Positions 35,669 to 43,771 of a DNA stretch of 43,925 nt are shown one piece after another. The DNA is from a virus. Its lineage: Duplodnaviria; Caudoviricetes. The stretch covers positions 1 to 43,925 of IMG/VR virus record IMGVR_UViG_3300010222_000007. One strand, 5' to 3'. The notes under the pieces were generated by a model. That model had not been told where the DNA came from. It did no database searches and saw only the letters and a list, made by a program, of their open reading frames with translations. Position numbers and translations under genes: made by a program. Every line of letters starts with the position of its first letter. Within the stretch, counting starts at the first letter, position 1.

Positions 35669-35710
35669 CGCTTATCTCAGGTAGCACTCTCATAGGCTTG
35701 AATGGTTTGC

Positions 35711-35881
35711 CTACAACAGCGCGAGACCGACCATCAGGACGTCAAAGTGCCGAAGCATCCGCAGCGCGACATATAGCACGATCGCGACGAGAGCGCCGTA
35801 GAACAGCAGGTTGAGCACGAGCATGGCGATCGTCAGCAGCACGCCACCGATACCGAACAGCAGGCCGTCGCCTTTGTTCAT
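35711..35881 (-). CDS. 56-aa membrane protein (MNKGDGLLFG...)
   Basis: manual translation; ATGA overlap with the PadR gene; highly hydrophobic. Confidence 0.55.
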   Translation of the reverse strand: MNKGDGLLFGIGGVLLTIAMLVLNLLFYGALVAIVLYVALRMLRHFDVLMVGLALL

Positions 35882-36279
35882 GCGGGATCACCGGCATCCG
35901 GGTCGGGCACGGCGAGCGCCTTGCGCTCGAAGGACACCTGACGCTTGCAGGTCGACACGGCCTTGTCAGTGAGCGCGTATGTGTTCGTCCGACGGTCGCG
36001 CTCGCCCTTCTCCACGAGACCCTCCTCAACGAGCGCATCGAGGTTCGGGTACAGTCGGCCGTGGTTGACTCGGTCGCCCCCGATGACGTTGCCGGTCATG
36101 CCGTAGGCGTCTTCGAGTTCGCTCTTGATCGCGAGGCCGTGCGGAGCCTCCGTCGGGTCGTCAGAGCGCCCGCCGAGCCGGGCGATCGCGAACAGGCAGT
36201 CACGCTGGAACGCGGTGAGCTGGGTAAGCGGCGGTTCGTTGTCGTCGGTGCTACGCTGACGGGTATCTGAAACACCCAT
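35878..36279 (-). CDS. PadR-family winged-helix regulator
   Basis: LTAFQRD...HGLAIKSELE...NHGRLYPNLDALVEEGLVEKG..D.RTN.Y.LT. Confidence 0.9.
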   Translation of the reverse strand: MGVSDTRQRSTDDNEPPLTQLTAFQRDCLFAIARLGGRSDDPTEAPHGLAIKSELEDAYGMTGNVIGGDRVNHGRLYPNLDALVEEGLVEKGERDRRTNTYALTDKAVSTCKRQVSFERKALAVPDPDAGDPA

Positions 36280-36395
36280 ACGAATAGCATCTCACACGAG
36301 ATACTTAATTGTCCCGCAGGGTTCGATCAGCCGGGCAGGCGGCGGACCGCGGGCCGCCAACAGCACTTCTTTCCGCGAAAGTGTGGCAACGAAAT

Positions 36396-36605
36396 CTTAA
36401 CTTAAAGGACTCAATCTATTATTAGTGGGGTCACTTGGGGGGGTAGTGCGCGCGAAATCACCCCCCCAACGACCCCGGACAGTGGCGTTCACGATGGATG
36501 GGCGACACTTACCGCCCCCTGTCCGGGGTCAGTCACCCCCTTTTCTCGCGCGCACCACCCCCCCCAGTGACCCCCCTATATAATAGTAAAACCCTTTAAG
36601 TTGAG
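36396..36605. repeat. long imperfect inverted repeat, candidate replication origin
   Basis: arms 36396-36482 and 36519-36605 are largely reverse-complementary; G/C strings, repeated GGGGTCA, AT-rich outer ends. Confidence 0.8.
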
Positions 36606-36699
36606 TTTTCATTAACACACCTTCGTGGAATAAATGGCGCGGGGGACAGCGCACGCGCTCGCGGTATCGGTGGTTTTGAGAAAAGCGAACCGCGGCGGT

Positions 36700-38526
36700 C
36701 TACAACTGCTGTGGCAAGAACGGCGTCAGCCACCGGAAGCCGTCGCGGAGGACGTGGAGCCGTTCGCTCGCTCGGGTCAGCGCGACGTACCACGTCCGCC
36801 ATTCGTTGTCGTGGGTTTGGACGCGCTGATCCATCCCCTCGCGAACCGGGGTGGGGATGCCATCGTAGACCGCGACGTCCTCGGCTTCCGCACCCTTACT
36901 CGCGTGAATCGTGAGCACGCGTACGCCGAGGTCGCTTGGCGTCACCGGCTCGTCGTGGCGTTGGAGCGCGCGTTCGAGGGTCTCGATGCCGCCGTCGCCG
37001 AGGCTCCCCTGGTTGAGTTCGCGCGCGCTCGGCGCGCCGTTGGTGTGCGTGTTCCAGAACTTCGGTTCAACGTGGTTTTCGAGCTCGTCGCCGCGAACGG
37101 GGCGGTCTTCATTGCGGATTCGCGACGTAATGTCATCGGTGTCGCCGCGCGTCTGGGAGAGGAACGAAGCGTTGGTTGCGTCGAGCAGCCGCGCGGCCTC
37201 ACCCGGCGCGAGCACGACACTACCGCGCGGGGTCGCCTCTTCGTCCGGGTCGAAACCGTTCGACCCCCACCGCCCCAACCCATGATGTGAACCGCTGTCG
37301 CCGGATTCAACGCCGTCGAGTTTCGCGAGCGCGTTGAACAGCGCGAGCCGTTTCGGGGCGGTGTTCCACCCGCCGAGCCGTCGCTGGGTGGCGAACACGA
37401 TCCCGGCCTTCTTCAGCGCCGCGGCGACCGCCGAGGCTTGCCGTCGCGTTCGTACGAGGAACAACACGTCGGGGTCCGGTCCGGCCTGCTCGACGATCCG
37501 CGCGGGCGAGCCGTCCTCGTCGGGCCGCGGCGACCGCCACCGGCTTTCGACATCCGAATACGAGAACTCCGGCGAGCGGTACTCGCGGAGTTCGCCGCCG
37601 TCGTTCGCGCGCTTGACCGGCGGGGGGGAGTGGTTCACCGTCTGTGCGAGCAGGTTGGTCGCGGTCTGCCAGTGGTTCTCGCGCACCCGATACGTCGTAT
37701 CGAGCAGCACTTCGGGAAGGTCGATCTTCTGAAAGAACTGCGGGTCCGCGCCCTGGTAGGAGTTCACGACCTGCTCGGGGTCGCCGGCCACGATCGCCAC
37801 CTCGGCGTCGTCGAGCCACTGCCGGACCAACTCGTCGAACAGCGGGTAGCCGTCGTGATACTCGTCGACCACAACGACATCCGACGGTGGGTTCGAGCCC
37901 GACCGCAGCGCCTCGGTGAGCATCTCGTGGAAATCGAATAGGTCGCGGTCGTCCTTGTAGGCCAGCCACTGCTGGTTCATCTCGGGGACATCACAGCCCG
38001 GCCACTCACGTTTCAGGTCGCCGTAGTGGGGACACTCCGCGGCGTCGTGGGGATCGACGCGGTTGTTCGCACACCACCCGAGGGTGTCGAACAGCAGCTG
38101 TCCGGGCGGCGTTTCCCATGGCTTCGAGTCCGGGGCGAGAAACTGTACGCCCACCTGCTGGCAGAAATCCACTTTATCGTCGGTGGTCGCCACGTCGCCG
38201 ATCCCGCCGAGCGTCCGGTTGGCGACGGCGTGGACCGTGCTGATGAATCGCGTGTCGCCCATCGTCGGGTCTTCGATCGCGCTCTCGGGGAGCACGCCCC
38301 AGTCGGCCAGCCGGGAAAGGGTGTCCTCGGCGAGCGACCGCCGGAACGTCACCCACGTCACGTCGCCGATGTGAACACCGTGGTCCTCGATGAGCCGGGC
38401 CAGTCGCGCCCCGGCGTTCGTGGTCTTGCCGGTCCCCGGCGGGCCGTGGAGTTTCACGCTGTCGGTCACGGGATGATCGTCAACGCCGGTGATTTCGATC
38501 TCGTCGAGTGGGATGGTGTCACTCAT
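36700..38526 (-). CDS. UvrD/Rep-family SF1 helicase
   Basis: GPPGTGKTT, STVH, VDEYHD, GDPEQ, TYR, LTIHASKGAEA, YVALTRA. Confidence 0.93.
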   Translation of the reverse strand: MSDTIPLDEIEITGVDDHPVTDSVKLHGPPGTGKTTNAGARLARLIEDHGVHIGDVTWVTFRRSLAEDTLSRLADWGVLPESAIEDPTMGDTRFISTVHAVANRTLGGIGDVATTDDKVDFCQQVGVQFLAPDSKPWETPPGQLLFDTLGWCANNRVDPHDAAECPHYGDLKREWPGCDVPEMNQQWLAYKDDRDLFDFHEMLTEALRSGSNPPSDVVVVDEYHDGYPLFDELVRQWLDDAEVAIVAGDPEQVVNSYQGADPQFFQKIDLPEVLLDTTYRVRENHWQTATNLLAQTVNHSPPPVKRANDGGELREYRSPEFSYSDVESRWRSPRPDEDGSPARIVEQAGPDPDVLFLVRTRRQASAVAAALKKAGIVFATQRRLGGWNTAPKRLALFNALAKLDGVESGDSGSHHGLGRWGSNGFDPDEEATPRGSVVLAPGEAARLLDATNASFLSQTRGDTDDITSRIRNEDRPVRGDELENHVEPKFWNTHTNGAPSARELNQGSLGDGGIETLERALQRHDEPVTPSDLGVRVLTIHASKGAEAEDVAVYDGIPTPVREGMDQRVQTHDNEWRTWYVALTRASERLHVLRDGFRWLTPFLPQQL

Positions 38527-40442
38527 TCGGGTTCCTCCGCGCTGTCACCGCCCTCTTCCACGATCTCCTCGCCGTCCTCGTAGGCCCGCGGCTCGGCGAT
38601 CTCCGCGGAGAGTCGCCACCAGGTCACGCGCGTGCCGCTAGACCGCCGCCGCTCGGCGACGCGACTCCCGGTCGTCAGTCCGCGCGCTCGGAGTTCCTCT
38701 TGCAGCCCACGGGTCTCAACCTCGCGCTCGGCGCACAACCGCTGGATGTCCTTCGAGAGGACCCACAGCTCCTCGGCGTCCTCGCCGTCGAGATAGACGC
38801 CCTCACGCATCGCCGCGGCGTCGATGTCGCCGTAGGCCGTCCGGCGCTCAATGTAGTTTTTCAGCGCGCCGATCGTCTCGGTTCGTGGGCCACGGATCTT
38901 CGATTCCTCGCCGCGTTCGTCGATCAACCCGACCACGAACGCCCGCCACTCATCCGCGTCGCCGTCCGTGGGCTCGCAGAGATCGACGCCGGTCTCGTCG
39001 AAGTACCGCTCGCGGAACTGATACCAGTCCCAGTGCGTCCCGCCCGTTGTCGAGAACGCCACGTCGATCTCGCCGTTGAAATACCACTGGTAGGAGGTAT
39101 CGACGTTGTGGTCCGTGACGCGGTTGACGACGACCCGCTGCAGATGGTCTTCCATGAACTCGGGAACGCGCGGGGCAACACCGCTGCCCTCGCCCGTCGC
39201 GCCGTCCGCGACCGCGGCATCCATCCGGCGGTCGAACAGGTCGGCCAACCCGGATTTGGTGTAGGCCTTTCCGCTTTGATCGGAGATCTCCTTGAGCCAC
39301 ATGTCGACAGTGGGGCGGGCCATGCCGTTGGCGTGGGCCGCAACCAGCACATCGATGGTCTGCTCGACGGCCTCGCCGAGCTCGCTTGGCCCCGACGGGT
39401 CGTCGATGGTCTCGGCGTGCTCGTCCCACGCCGTCTGTATCCAGTCCTTCGGCCCGTCATCGTCGATGTCCGCCTCCGGGGCGGTACCGCCGCCGTCGGG
39501 GTCGTAGAACTCGGTTTGGTCGTCGAGCGCGGCCTGGATGGTCCGATCGCCGTAGGTCCGATCGCCGCGGTCCTCGTCCCACTTCTCGCGCATGAGCCCG
39601 GACTGACGAAACAGCCGATCCATCTGCCGACGGTCGCCGCCGGTCCAGAACGCGAGCATCTGACACAGCGCCTTGTCGCGTTCGGACTGGCCGCCGTTGC
39701 CGTCGAGACCGGCGACCGACCGGCCGTTCCATAGGTTCTCGAACTTCTCGGCGTTCGACGCGGTCCGCGCTTTCGCAAGCACCTGCTCGTCGTCGAGATC
39801 GGGGTCGGGGTCGGAGCCCCCCGCCCCGTGGCTGCCGCCACTATCGCTGCCGTCGGAGTCCGCGGCCAGGTACTCGTCGTACACGTCTCGGACCGCCTGC
39901 TTGCGCTGCTCGACGGTATCGAATCCATCGCCGACGCGCTCGCCGGTGTAGGTAAAGAAGCGATCCTGATCGTACATCTCGATCTCGCACGCCGAACCGT
40001 CACGCGACCCGTCGGCCGCGAGCGACCGCCGGCACCGGTCGCCGGGCTTGAATCCGAGCGCGACACAGTGCAGCCCGGTGCCCGACGGTGAGACCTCGGT
40101 GTAGGTATCGAGGTCGCTCATCACATCCCGGCCGAGTTTCGTCAGACTGCCGTCGTCGGGATCGCGCACGTCATCCAAGTCGACACCCACCAGCAGGCCG
40201 TTCTCGGGGAACGCGAAGCCGATCCCGTCGGCCGCCGCAAGCCGGTCGTGGGCCGCAACCGCCGCCTCAAACCCGACGGTCACGCCGTCGTCGGTGGCGT
40301 CGCCGTCGTGGCCGGTCTCGGGGTCGAGCGGCACCTTCGTGAGATACGTCGAGCCGTCTGCTTTCTCGCGTTCGTCGTATGCCCAACACAACCAGATGTC
40401 TTTCCCGAGTAGCGTCTCGGGCGGTTCGGGCCAGTCAGTCAT
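38523..40442 (-). CDS. primase-polymerase (NrS-1-like AEP plus helical bundle domain) with unknown C-terminal region
   Basis: GIGF...GVDLDD...TYTEVSPSGTGLH...IEMYD..RFFT.TG; SERDKALCQMLAFWTG...RLFRQSGLMREKWD...TYG..TI. Confidence 0.88.
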   Translation of the reverse strand: MTDWPEPPETLLGKDIWLCWAYDEREKADGSTYLTKVPLDPETGHDGDATDDGVTVGFEAAVAAHDRLAAADGIGFAFPENGLLVGVDLDDVRDPDDGSLTKLGRDVMSDLDTYTEVSPSGTGLHCVALGFKPGDRCRRSLAADGSRDGSACEIEMYDQDRFFTYTGERVGDGFDTVEQRKQAVRDVYDEYLAADSDGSDSGGSHGAGGSDPDPDLDDEQVLAKARTASNAEKFENLWNGRSVAGLDGNGGQSERDKALCQMLAFWTGGDRRQMDRLFRQSGLMREKWDEDRGDRTYGDRTIQAALDDQTEFYDPDGGGTAPEADIDDDGPKDWIQTAWDEHAETIDDPSGPSELGEAVEQTIDVLVAAHANGMARPTVDMWLKEISDQSGKAYTKSGLADLFDRRMDAAVADGATGEGSGVAPRVPEFMEDHLQRVVVNRVTDHNVDTSYQWYFNGEIDVAFSTTGGTHWDWYQFRERYFDETGVDLCEPTDGDADEWRAFVVGLIDERGEESKIRGPRTETIGALKNYIERRTAYGDIDAAAMREGVYLDGEDAEELWVLSKDIQRLCAEREVETRGLQEELRARGLTTGSRVAERRRSSGTRVTWWRLSAEIAEPRAYEDGEEIVEEGGDSAEEPE

Positions 40443-40740
40443 CGAAGCTCCTCCCGTTCATGTGATAGTTCGCGTGCTCGTCGTCTGCGCGCACCTCCAC
40501 GTTCTCGCGGATGTTGTGCCACCGCACGCCGTCGATGTGGTGAACGTGCGTCCGCGGACCGAACACCTCGCGCGGGTCGTCATCGAGACAGGCGAGTAGC
40601 TGGTGAACGTAGACGTAGGACTCGCTCGCGCGTGCGTGCTCGTAGACGCGCCAGCGACAGTAACCGTCGGCGCGGCACTCGTAGGCCGCGTGCGGAGCGC
40701 CGACGAACTCGCCGGTCTCGGGGTCGCGGGCGGTGCTCAT
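40435..40740 (-). CDS. HNH endonuclease (HNH_3/I-HmuI-like)
   Basis: YVHQLLA...HVHHIDGVRWHNIRENV. Confidence 0.8.
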   Translation of the reverse strand: MSTARDPETGEFVGAPHAAYECRADGYCRWRVYEHARASESYVYVHQLLACLDDDPREVFGPRTHVHHIDGVRWHNIRENVEVRADDEHANYHMNGRSFDD

Positions 40741-40934
40741 CTGCCCCCCCATCCGCCGTGCCGCGTGGTATCGAGCGATTCGGGGCGGCGGGGACACCGA
40801 ACGCCGTCACGCGACCATTTCACTCCTGCGTGGCCGTATTCGAGTCCGGGATCGGTCGGCGATCGGGTGCACTGACAGTGGCAGTCGGGACAGTAGAACT
40901 CGCCAGGCTCGTCGTTGTCCGGCGTTGCACTCAT
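40737..40934 (-). CDS. Cys/His micro-protein
   Basis: CPDC..QC...EYGH...CP; ATGA overlaps. Confidence 0.6.
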   Translation of the reverse strand: MSATPDNDEPGEFYCPDCHCQCTRSPTDPGLEYGHAGVKWSRDGVRCPRRPESLDTTRHGGWGGR

Positions 40935-41110
40935 CCCACCAACCCCCCGGTCTTCTTATCACGGAGTTGATCGAACCGCTCCTGACACTGCGGGCAGTAA
41001 TAGAACCCACTCGCCCGCCCGCGCCAGTCGGTGCAGCCGCAGTCGGGACACGCCAGCCGCCACGGCTGGGTGAGTTGTGTGGTGCTCAGGCCGACTTTCG
41101 GTCCCGTCAT
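40931..41110 (-). CDS. zinc-ribbon micro-protein
   Basis: CPDCG...YYCPQC; ATGA overlaps. Confidence 0.6.
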   Translation of the reverse strand: MTGPKVGLSTTQLTQPWRLACPDCGCTDWRGRASGFYYCPQCQERFDQLRDKKTGGLVG

Positions 41111-41781
41111 GCCGACCTCCCGAGCGTCGCCTGTGTGGGCGGCGGGTTGGCGTAGGCCTCTTCGACCGCTTCGAGGATCGCGTCGCTGAGTTCGCGCGGG
41201 ACCTTCGCGCGTTCGGCGGGGTCGCGCGGGAGGGGCCGATTGTCTCGGTCGTCTTCGAGACTGCCGTGGTCGTGGCACGGAGCGCCCCTCCGACAGCGCC
41301 GGTACTCCATCGGTGGGTGCTCGCCCCACAGGTCGGTGGGTTTCTGATAGGTGGTCCCGTACTGACAGTACGTGACGCGGCCGGCGGGGTCGCCGAGGAA
41401 CCGCCGGAGGTGGCCCTGCGGATTCTCGACGATCCAGTAGTCCGGCGCGAGTGCCTGGATGAGGCCGATGGTGTGGTGGGCGAGCGCGACCGCTTCGCGT
41501 GCCTTGGCGGTCTGTGGGTCGCCGTTCTCGTCCCAGTGGTCTTGCCAGGCGGCCGCCTTGCTGAAACAGTTGCACGGCGGACTGGCGAGGATGACCAACA
41601 CATCCCACTCCCCGATCGCGGCGATGAGATCGCTCGGCCGCAAATCCAGCACGTCGGCTTGGATGTCCGGCTCGAAGCGCTCGTCGATGTCGACGGTCAC
41701 GACCTCCCAGCCGGCGGCCTCGGCGAACGCGGCGCTGAAGCCTCCGAGGCCGCTGAAAAGGTCCAAACAAGTGCGTGTCAT
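41107..41781 (-). CDS. short C5-cytosine DNA methyltransferase
   Basis: LDLFSGLGG (motif I), ASPPC (IV), ENP (VI), KPT (VIII-like); start refined to ATG 41781. Confidence 0.85.
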   Translation of the reverse strand: MTRTCLDLFSGLGGFSAAFAEAAGWEVVTVDIDERFEPDIQADVLDLRPSDLIAAIGEWDVLVILASPPCNCFSKAAAWQDHWDENGDPQTAKAREAVALAHHTIGLIQALAPDYWIVENPQGHLRRFLGDPAGRVTYCQYGTTYQKPTDLWGEHPPMEYRRCRRGAPCHDHGSLEDDRDNRPLPRDPAERAKVPRELSDAILEAVEEAYANPPPTQATLGRSA

Positions 41782-41921
41782 TATCCCGAGACCCTCTTTC
41801 GATCGCAGTTCTCGCAGTAATACACCCGATTCGAGTGGCCGTTCCCGCCGATCTCGCGGGTCTTGCCGATGTGCCTCATCGACGCGCCACAGACGTAGCA
41901 CTCGCCCGGCTTCCGGCCCAT
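41781..41921 (-). CDS. 46-aa zinc-ribbon micro-protein (MGRKPGECYVCG...YCENC)
   Basis: manual translation; TGATG and TAATG overlaps. Confidence 0.6.
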   Translation of the reverse strand: MGRKPGECYVCGASMRHIGKTREIGGNGHSNRVYYCENCDRKRVSG

Positions 41922-42076
41922 CAGCCACCACCCCGCCCGTCGTTCGCGGGACACTCATTGCGCCAGTGGCCCGGGAAGTGCCGCGGCACCGACGGCCCCG
42001 ACCGGCCGCAGAACGGGCACGCGACCCACGTCACGCGATGCTTCCCGCTCTCGGTTTGGATGTGCTCGACGGTCAC
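41921..42076 (-). CDS. 51-aa CPxCG micro-protein
   Basis: manual translation: CPFCG...H...C; GTGA overlap. Confidence 0.55.
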   Translation of the reverse strand: MTVEHIQTESGKHRVTWVACPFCGRSGPSVPRHFPGHWRNECPANDGRGGG

Positions 42077-42321
42077 GCTGAATCACCACCCTCACTAAAC
42101 GCAGCGAGTTGATGGTTCTCGGCGGCGTGCTTCTCGCGCTGGCGATCCTGCCAACAGTCAGGGCACCACAAGCGACTGCTCGGATCGGTGTCAATCGCGT
42201 GGTCGTACTCGCGGCCGGCGGCGTCAACCACTGGCTCCTCAACCGGCGGCCAAAATTCGTGGTGGCAGCGCTCGCAGTAGTCCCCGACCTCTGGCGGGTC
42301 GCCGGTGGCCGGCTCGCTCAC
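42073..42321 (-). CDS. zinc-finger micro-protein
   Basis: CERC...WCPDC; GTGA overlap. Confidence 0.6.
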   Translation of the reverse strand: MSEPATGDPPEVGDYCERCHHEFWPPVEEPVVDAAGREYDHAIDTDPSSRLWCPDCWQDRQREKHAAENHQLAAFSEGGDSA

Positions 42322-42674
42322 GCTGACCCACCCCCCGCGAAGTCGGTGAGCGTCTTCGACGGCGTGCTCACCGCGTCCGCGCCGTCGGCGAGAGCCAGGA
42401 GCACTGACTGAGATTTGGGCACCCAGCACTCCTCCTCGCCGACGCGAACGCACCATGCGTCGTCGGTCTCATCGAGCAGGTACTTGACGCGGAACAGCCG
42501 CACCCAGCCATCCATCGGCTCGATGGGCTTCTCCCCGACGAGCCATTCTTCGAGGACGAGATACCGCGCGTCGGTCTCGTCAAGCAGCCCGACGAGCGTG
42601 TCGATCTCGCGCCGCGAGAAGTCGGTCCGCGCAGCGAGGTCGCCATACTCGGCGACTTCGAGCACGTCGCTCAC
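42318..42674 (-). CDS. hypothetical protein (ETDDAW...WVPKSQ)
   Basis: acidic; coupled to neighbours. Confidence 0.65.
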   Translation of the reverse strand: MSDVLEVAEYGDLAARTDFSRREIDTLVGLLDETDARYLVLEEWLVGEKPIEPMDGWVRLFRVKYLLDETDDAWCVRVGEEECWVPKSQSVLLALADGADAVSTPSKTLTDFAGGGSA

Positions 42675-42829
42675 CACCGATCACCGCCCTCGTGCCACCG
42701 CGCGACGCGACGCTCGGCGAACCGCCCGCCGCGGCAGGCGGCGGTCCACACGAGCATCCACGCCGCGAGCGCACCGACCGCGCCGACGGACAGCCAGGCG
42801 GCGAGTTCGAGCGACGCCGCATCGATCAC
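42671..42829 (-). CDS. 52-aa single-TM protein
   Basis: manual translation; GTGA overlaps at both ends. Confidence 0.5.
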   Translation of the reverse strand: MIDAASLELAAWLSVGAVGALAAWMLVWTAACRGGRFAERRVARWHEGGDRW

Positions 42830-43458
42830 GCCGGACCACCGACCCGGAACTTTCGGTTGCGCTCTTCGCGGTGTTTCTCCGTGCTCCTACGGAGTCGGGT
42901 GCGGAACGTGTCGGGCGCTACCCCGACCGACTTTGCGATTTCGGACTTCGGCTTGTCGGTGTTCCGAACCATCTCCGTCCACCCGAGAGTTTCTAACCAT
43001 TTTTCGTCGCTTCTGGCCGTTCTAGCGCCCGTTTTTGGGATTCCGAACTCCTCCAGCCATCTATAGATGGTATCTTCGCTGCAATCCCAAAGAGAGGACA
43101 AGCCGTCTGCTCCAATCCGGTTGTATACCCTCTCCAACCGCTCTGGGTCGCGGTAAGGTGCGTCCGGGTCGTACCGATGGTGTGTGATGTGCTCCCCGCG
43201 CGAAATGACAGAAACGTTCCCGGGCCAATTTGCCCAGGGGATCTCTACTGGCCCGTGATGGACATCGTTATCGGATGAAAAGACCTCGTGCGGGTCCTCA
43301 CCCTCTGCTATTGCCAGCAGCTGATGTACGTATAGGACCTCTCTCCGCCCTTTGTGGGTAGACTGCCATCTAACGTATCCATTGGGAGTGTGGTTGAGTG
43401 TAGGTGGTTTTTCGAGGTCTGCCTGCTTGGAATATTCCCACAGTTCTCTGTCTGTCAT
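42826..43458 (-). CDS. HNH_3-like endonuclease with C-terminal HTH
   Basis: YVHQLLAIA...DVHH...WANWPGNV; TIYRWLEEFGI; lower GC. Confidence 0.75.
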   Translation of the reverse strand: MTDRELWEYSKQADLEKPPTLNHTPNGYVRWQSTHKGRREVLYVHQLLAIAEGEDPHEVFSSDNDVHHGPVEIPWANWPGNVSVISRGEHITHHRYDPDAPYRDPERLERVYNRIGADGLSSLWDCSEDTIYRWLEEFGIPKTGARTARSDEKWLETLGWTEMVRNTDKPKSEIAKSVGVAPDTFRTRLRRSTEKHREERNRKFRVGGPA

Positions 43459-43577
43459 TGCCGACCACTCCTGACTGCACGCTGGACGTTACAGCGCCCG
43501 CACTGCTGGCACTGTCCGCCTTCGCAGGTGCGCTTGACATGTCGGTCGCAAATCAAGCAGTGGCGATGTTCGGCCAC
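43455..43577 (-). CDS. 40-aa Cys-rich micro-protein
   Basis: manual translation: CLIC...C...CQQCG. Confidence 0.45.
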   Translation of the reverse strand: MAEHRHCLICDRHVKRTCEGGQCQQCGRCNVQRAVRSGRQ

Positions 43578-43579
43578 CG

Positions 43580-43771
43580 TCAGTCACCCCCTTCCCCGTC
43601 GCCCGCGAGCACTTCCTCGAACTCCGGCAGGTCCGCCTCGGTATCCTCGGTCGCGTCCGCGAGCAACGCCGCGGCCTCGCCCAGCCGTCCGATTGCCGAC
43701 TCGTCCTCGCGGATGTCGATGTCAGTAAGCGCCTTCTCGACCGTGCTCCGCGCGCGGGCACGGCCCTTCAT
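43580..43771 (-). CDS. small acidic hypothetical protein
   Basis: ATG 43771 preceded by GAGGTGG Shine-Dalgarno-like sequence. Confidence 0.6.
   Translation of the reverse strand: MKGRARARSTVEKALTDIDIREDESAIGRLGEAAALLADATEDTEADLPEFEEVLAGDGEGGD

Noticed and set aside
36396-36605. Protelomerase hairpin-telomere site or transposon terminal repeats
   Set aside because: The centre is a 36-nt non-palindromic spacer, the arms are imperfect, and no protelomerase or transposase gene is seen.
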